Source: Calothrix sp. NIES-2100
GTDB lineage: Bacteria > Cyanobacteriota > Cyanobacteriia > Cyanobacteriales > Nostocaceae
Direction: 5' to 3'
Assembly (NCBI GenBank): GCA_002368195.1
Contig: AP018178.1
Span: 5,401,286 to 5,465,285 of the forward strand
DNA: 64,000 nucleotides
The translations under genes were made by a program, and so were the position numbers. Below are positions 62,143 to 64,000 of this stretch, in pieces. Within the stretch, counting starts at the first letter, position 1; every line of letters begins with the position of its first letter. The notes under the pieces are model-generated. The model saw only the letters and a list, made by a program, of their open reading frames with translations. It ran no database searches and was not told where the DNA came from.

Positions 62143-63390
62143 TCATTTTTTAGCAGTTTCTAACTCTTTGGTAGTTTCACTGCTAGCAGTTGTGCTATTC
62201 ATTTGTTCTCGCAAAACTGCAATTTGATCAACCATAATCTCTGCTATTCCAGTAGTTTTCATGGTTCCCATCCAGCGAATCATCGATGAGAGAAACAATT
62301 CTTTGAGATAGGCGAAAGAAAAGCCATCTGTCATCATCACTATCTGAGTCATCGCCTCTGGTGACAAACGCATAGCAGTTTTTAGCTGATCGTTCCACAG
62401 TGTGATGTAAGCTTGTCTTACCGAGTTATCTGGTAAATCAAAATGATACTTACGATCAAAACGGCTGGGGCGATCGCGAATCGCCGGATCTAAACGTTCG
62501 GGATGGTTGGTACTAGCAATGGTAACAATCCCCTCATTAGCAGCAAAGCCATCTAGTTCATTGAGAAAGAAAGAACGATTTTCGTCAGTCAATAGAGAAT
62601 CTAAATCCTCTAGTACTAAAATACAAGGCGCAGACTGTCTTGCTTGTTTGAATACTTTCCGAATATTTTCACTATCAGTGTCATACTCAGATTGGAAACT
62701 TTTAACATACAAGCAAGGCTGTTGCATGAGATTAATTAATGCTTTGACTGTATGAGTTTTCCCATTTCCTGGTGAACCAATAAATAAAATTCCTCTTTTC
62801 CAAGGGATACCATAAGCTGTATAAGTTTCTTGAGAAGCAAAGAAGTTTATCAAGTCATCTTTAATATCTTGTTTCAGATTCCCATACAAAATTAGATTAT
62901 CAAAAGTTGCATTTTTAATCGATTGAAACAGTTCGGGGTTTTTGTTCCAATAACCATCTTCAAAAACTAAAACCTCGTCGCGGATTTCCGAATTCCAATC
63001 ACAAACAGCAGTAAAAAAATTTTCTGCCAATTCTTGACTATCAGCCATAATCCAGTAATATCTAGTTTTACAATAGCCTTCTTGCCAACTCATTAATAAA
63101 ACATCAAGTTTCTGCCCTTGCCATTGCACCTCAAATTCAGCATTTTCTGTATATTTATATAGATGATTGTCCATTCCATCCCAGCCAGTCAAAATTTGGT
63201 TGTGAATTGAGGAATTATCTTGAATTTTGCAAAGGTTAGCCTCAGCGTATTTCTCTAAACTGAATGTAGTATCGTTACCTTCGAGTAGGAATTTCCTGGG
63301 ATAAATTGCTGCTAATTCCTGACTAATATGATAAGCGATCGCATTATTTGGCAAACTAAGTGCTTCGGTAATCAGTTGTTGAATATTCAT
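62143..63390 (-). CDS. AAA+ ATPase with an about-200-aa uncharacterised N-terminal domain
   Basis: Walker A GSPGNGKT, Walker B ILVLEDLD and the second region of homology NHPERLDPAIRDRPSRFDRK. Confidence 0.8.
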   Translation of the reverse strand: MNIQQLITEALSLPNNAIAYHISQELAAIYPRKFLLEGNDTTFSLEKYAEANLCKIQDNSSIHNQILTGWDGMDNHLYKYTENAEFEVQWQGQKLDVLLMSWQEGYCKTRYYWIMADSQELAENFFTAVCDWNSEIRDEVLVFEDGYWNKNPELFQSIKNATFDNLILYGNLKQDIKDDLINFFASQETYTAYGIPWKRGILFIGSPGNGKTHTVKALINLMQQPCLYVKSFQSEYDTDSENIRKVFKQARQSAPCILVLEDLDSLLTDENRSFFLNELDGFAANEGIVTIASTNHPERLDPAIRDRPSRFDRKYHFDLPDNSVRQAYITLWNDQLKTAMRLSPEAMTQIVMMTDGFSFAYLKELFLSSMIRWMGTMKTTGIAEIMVDQIAVLREQMNSTTASSETTKELETAKK

Positions 63391-63530
63391 CCTGATTTAG
63401 TTACTTTCTTAATTAATTTATAAGGAACTACACAACATCTTTGATGAATTTCGGAATTTCAACCCAAAATTTCCGATTCCTCAGACAGATATCGGATTTT
63501 TATTTTATTTCAGAAATAAATATTTTACTT

Positions 63531-64000
63531 CTAGACAAATTTTTGAGTAAATTCGTAAATCAAATCTACTCTTCCCTTGCGTAACATCGCTGGATCTAAT
63601 CTTTCTGTAGTATTACAAGTCATTAATACTACTAAACGCTGTTTGATTTGCAGCCCAGATTCGTCAATTATGCTTTGGTACAAAGTGCCATCTAACAAAC
63701 TGAGAATATGTTCTGTTTTATTATTATATTGCGCTACTTCATAAGCACGATTTTGGGCTAAATTATCAGCTTCATTAATAATGATGCAAATTTGTTCTAA
63801 ATAAGTTGGGGGGACAAAATTCGTAATTGCATCATGATCTAAAATAAAAATTACGTAGCCTAAAGGTACTAAAATTTCTTGGGCTACAGCCTGTGTCCAT
63901 GCTGTTTTACCTGTACCTGGTTCTCCATGTACAACAACTGCTAACTGATGTTGATTGAGAATTGCTTGCTGTACTGTGTCTGTAAAATTTTGAATATCTG
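63531..64000 (-). CDS. AAA+ ATPase; 5' end lies outside the window
   Basis: The minus-strand frame gives GEPGTGKTAWTQAVAQEILVPLGYVIFILD...TTERLDPAMLRKGRVDLIYEFTQKFV*. The stop is at 63531-63533. Confidence 0.75.
   Translation of the reverse strand, partial: DIQNFTDTVQQAILNQHQLAVVVHGEPGTGKTAWTQAVAQEILVPLGYVIFILDHDAITNFVPPTYLEQICIIINEADNLAQNRAYEVAQYNNKTEHILSLLDGTLYQSIIDESGLQIKQRLVVLMTCNTTERLDPAMLRKGRVDLIYEFTQKFV

Overview
The window looks like a chromosomal segment from a filamentous heterocyst-forming cyanobacterium (Nostocales-like). This rests on three sequence-level observations: the octamer GCGATCGC (HIP1) is extremely frequent, heptanucleotide STRR arrays (TTTGTCA/TGACAAA, CCCCATG, CCTTGTC) sit at almost every intergenic junction, and there are many multi-GAF sensor kinases and WD40/STAND proteins. 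No rRNA or tRNA genes were seen.

Housekeeping content includes:
- recJ, dnaG, murE, pntAB and psb30 (unlisted in the ORF track);
- a pstSCAB phosphate transporter preceded by a sulfate-binding-protein homologue;
- cysH, an SbcD-like nuclease and a PhoD-like phosphatase;
- three histidine-kinase genes, one of them truncated.

Accessory and defence-like content includes:
- three type II toxin-antitoxin pairs (HigBA, HicBA, Phd/RelE);
- a large DUF4157 metallopeptidase-type toxin-like protein whose promoter and 5' coding end are duplicated as a downstream orphan fragment, next to the C-terminal remnant of an AAA+ ATPase and a possible transposase scrap;
- an NB-ARC/WD40 STAND NTPase carrying an in-frame mini-element, flanked by a coiled-coil/TPR membrane protein and a solo IS605-family tnpB;
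- an Rpn-family nuclease and a pRiA4b-ORF3-like protein;
- two tandem AAA+ ATPases at the window end;
- two independent intergenic arrays of 21-bp tandem repeats with palindromic cores.

None of these could be confirmed as a complete, previously undescribed system from sequence alone. The DUF4157 locus and the 21-bp palindromic arrays are the most worthwhile to follow up.
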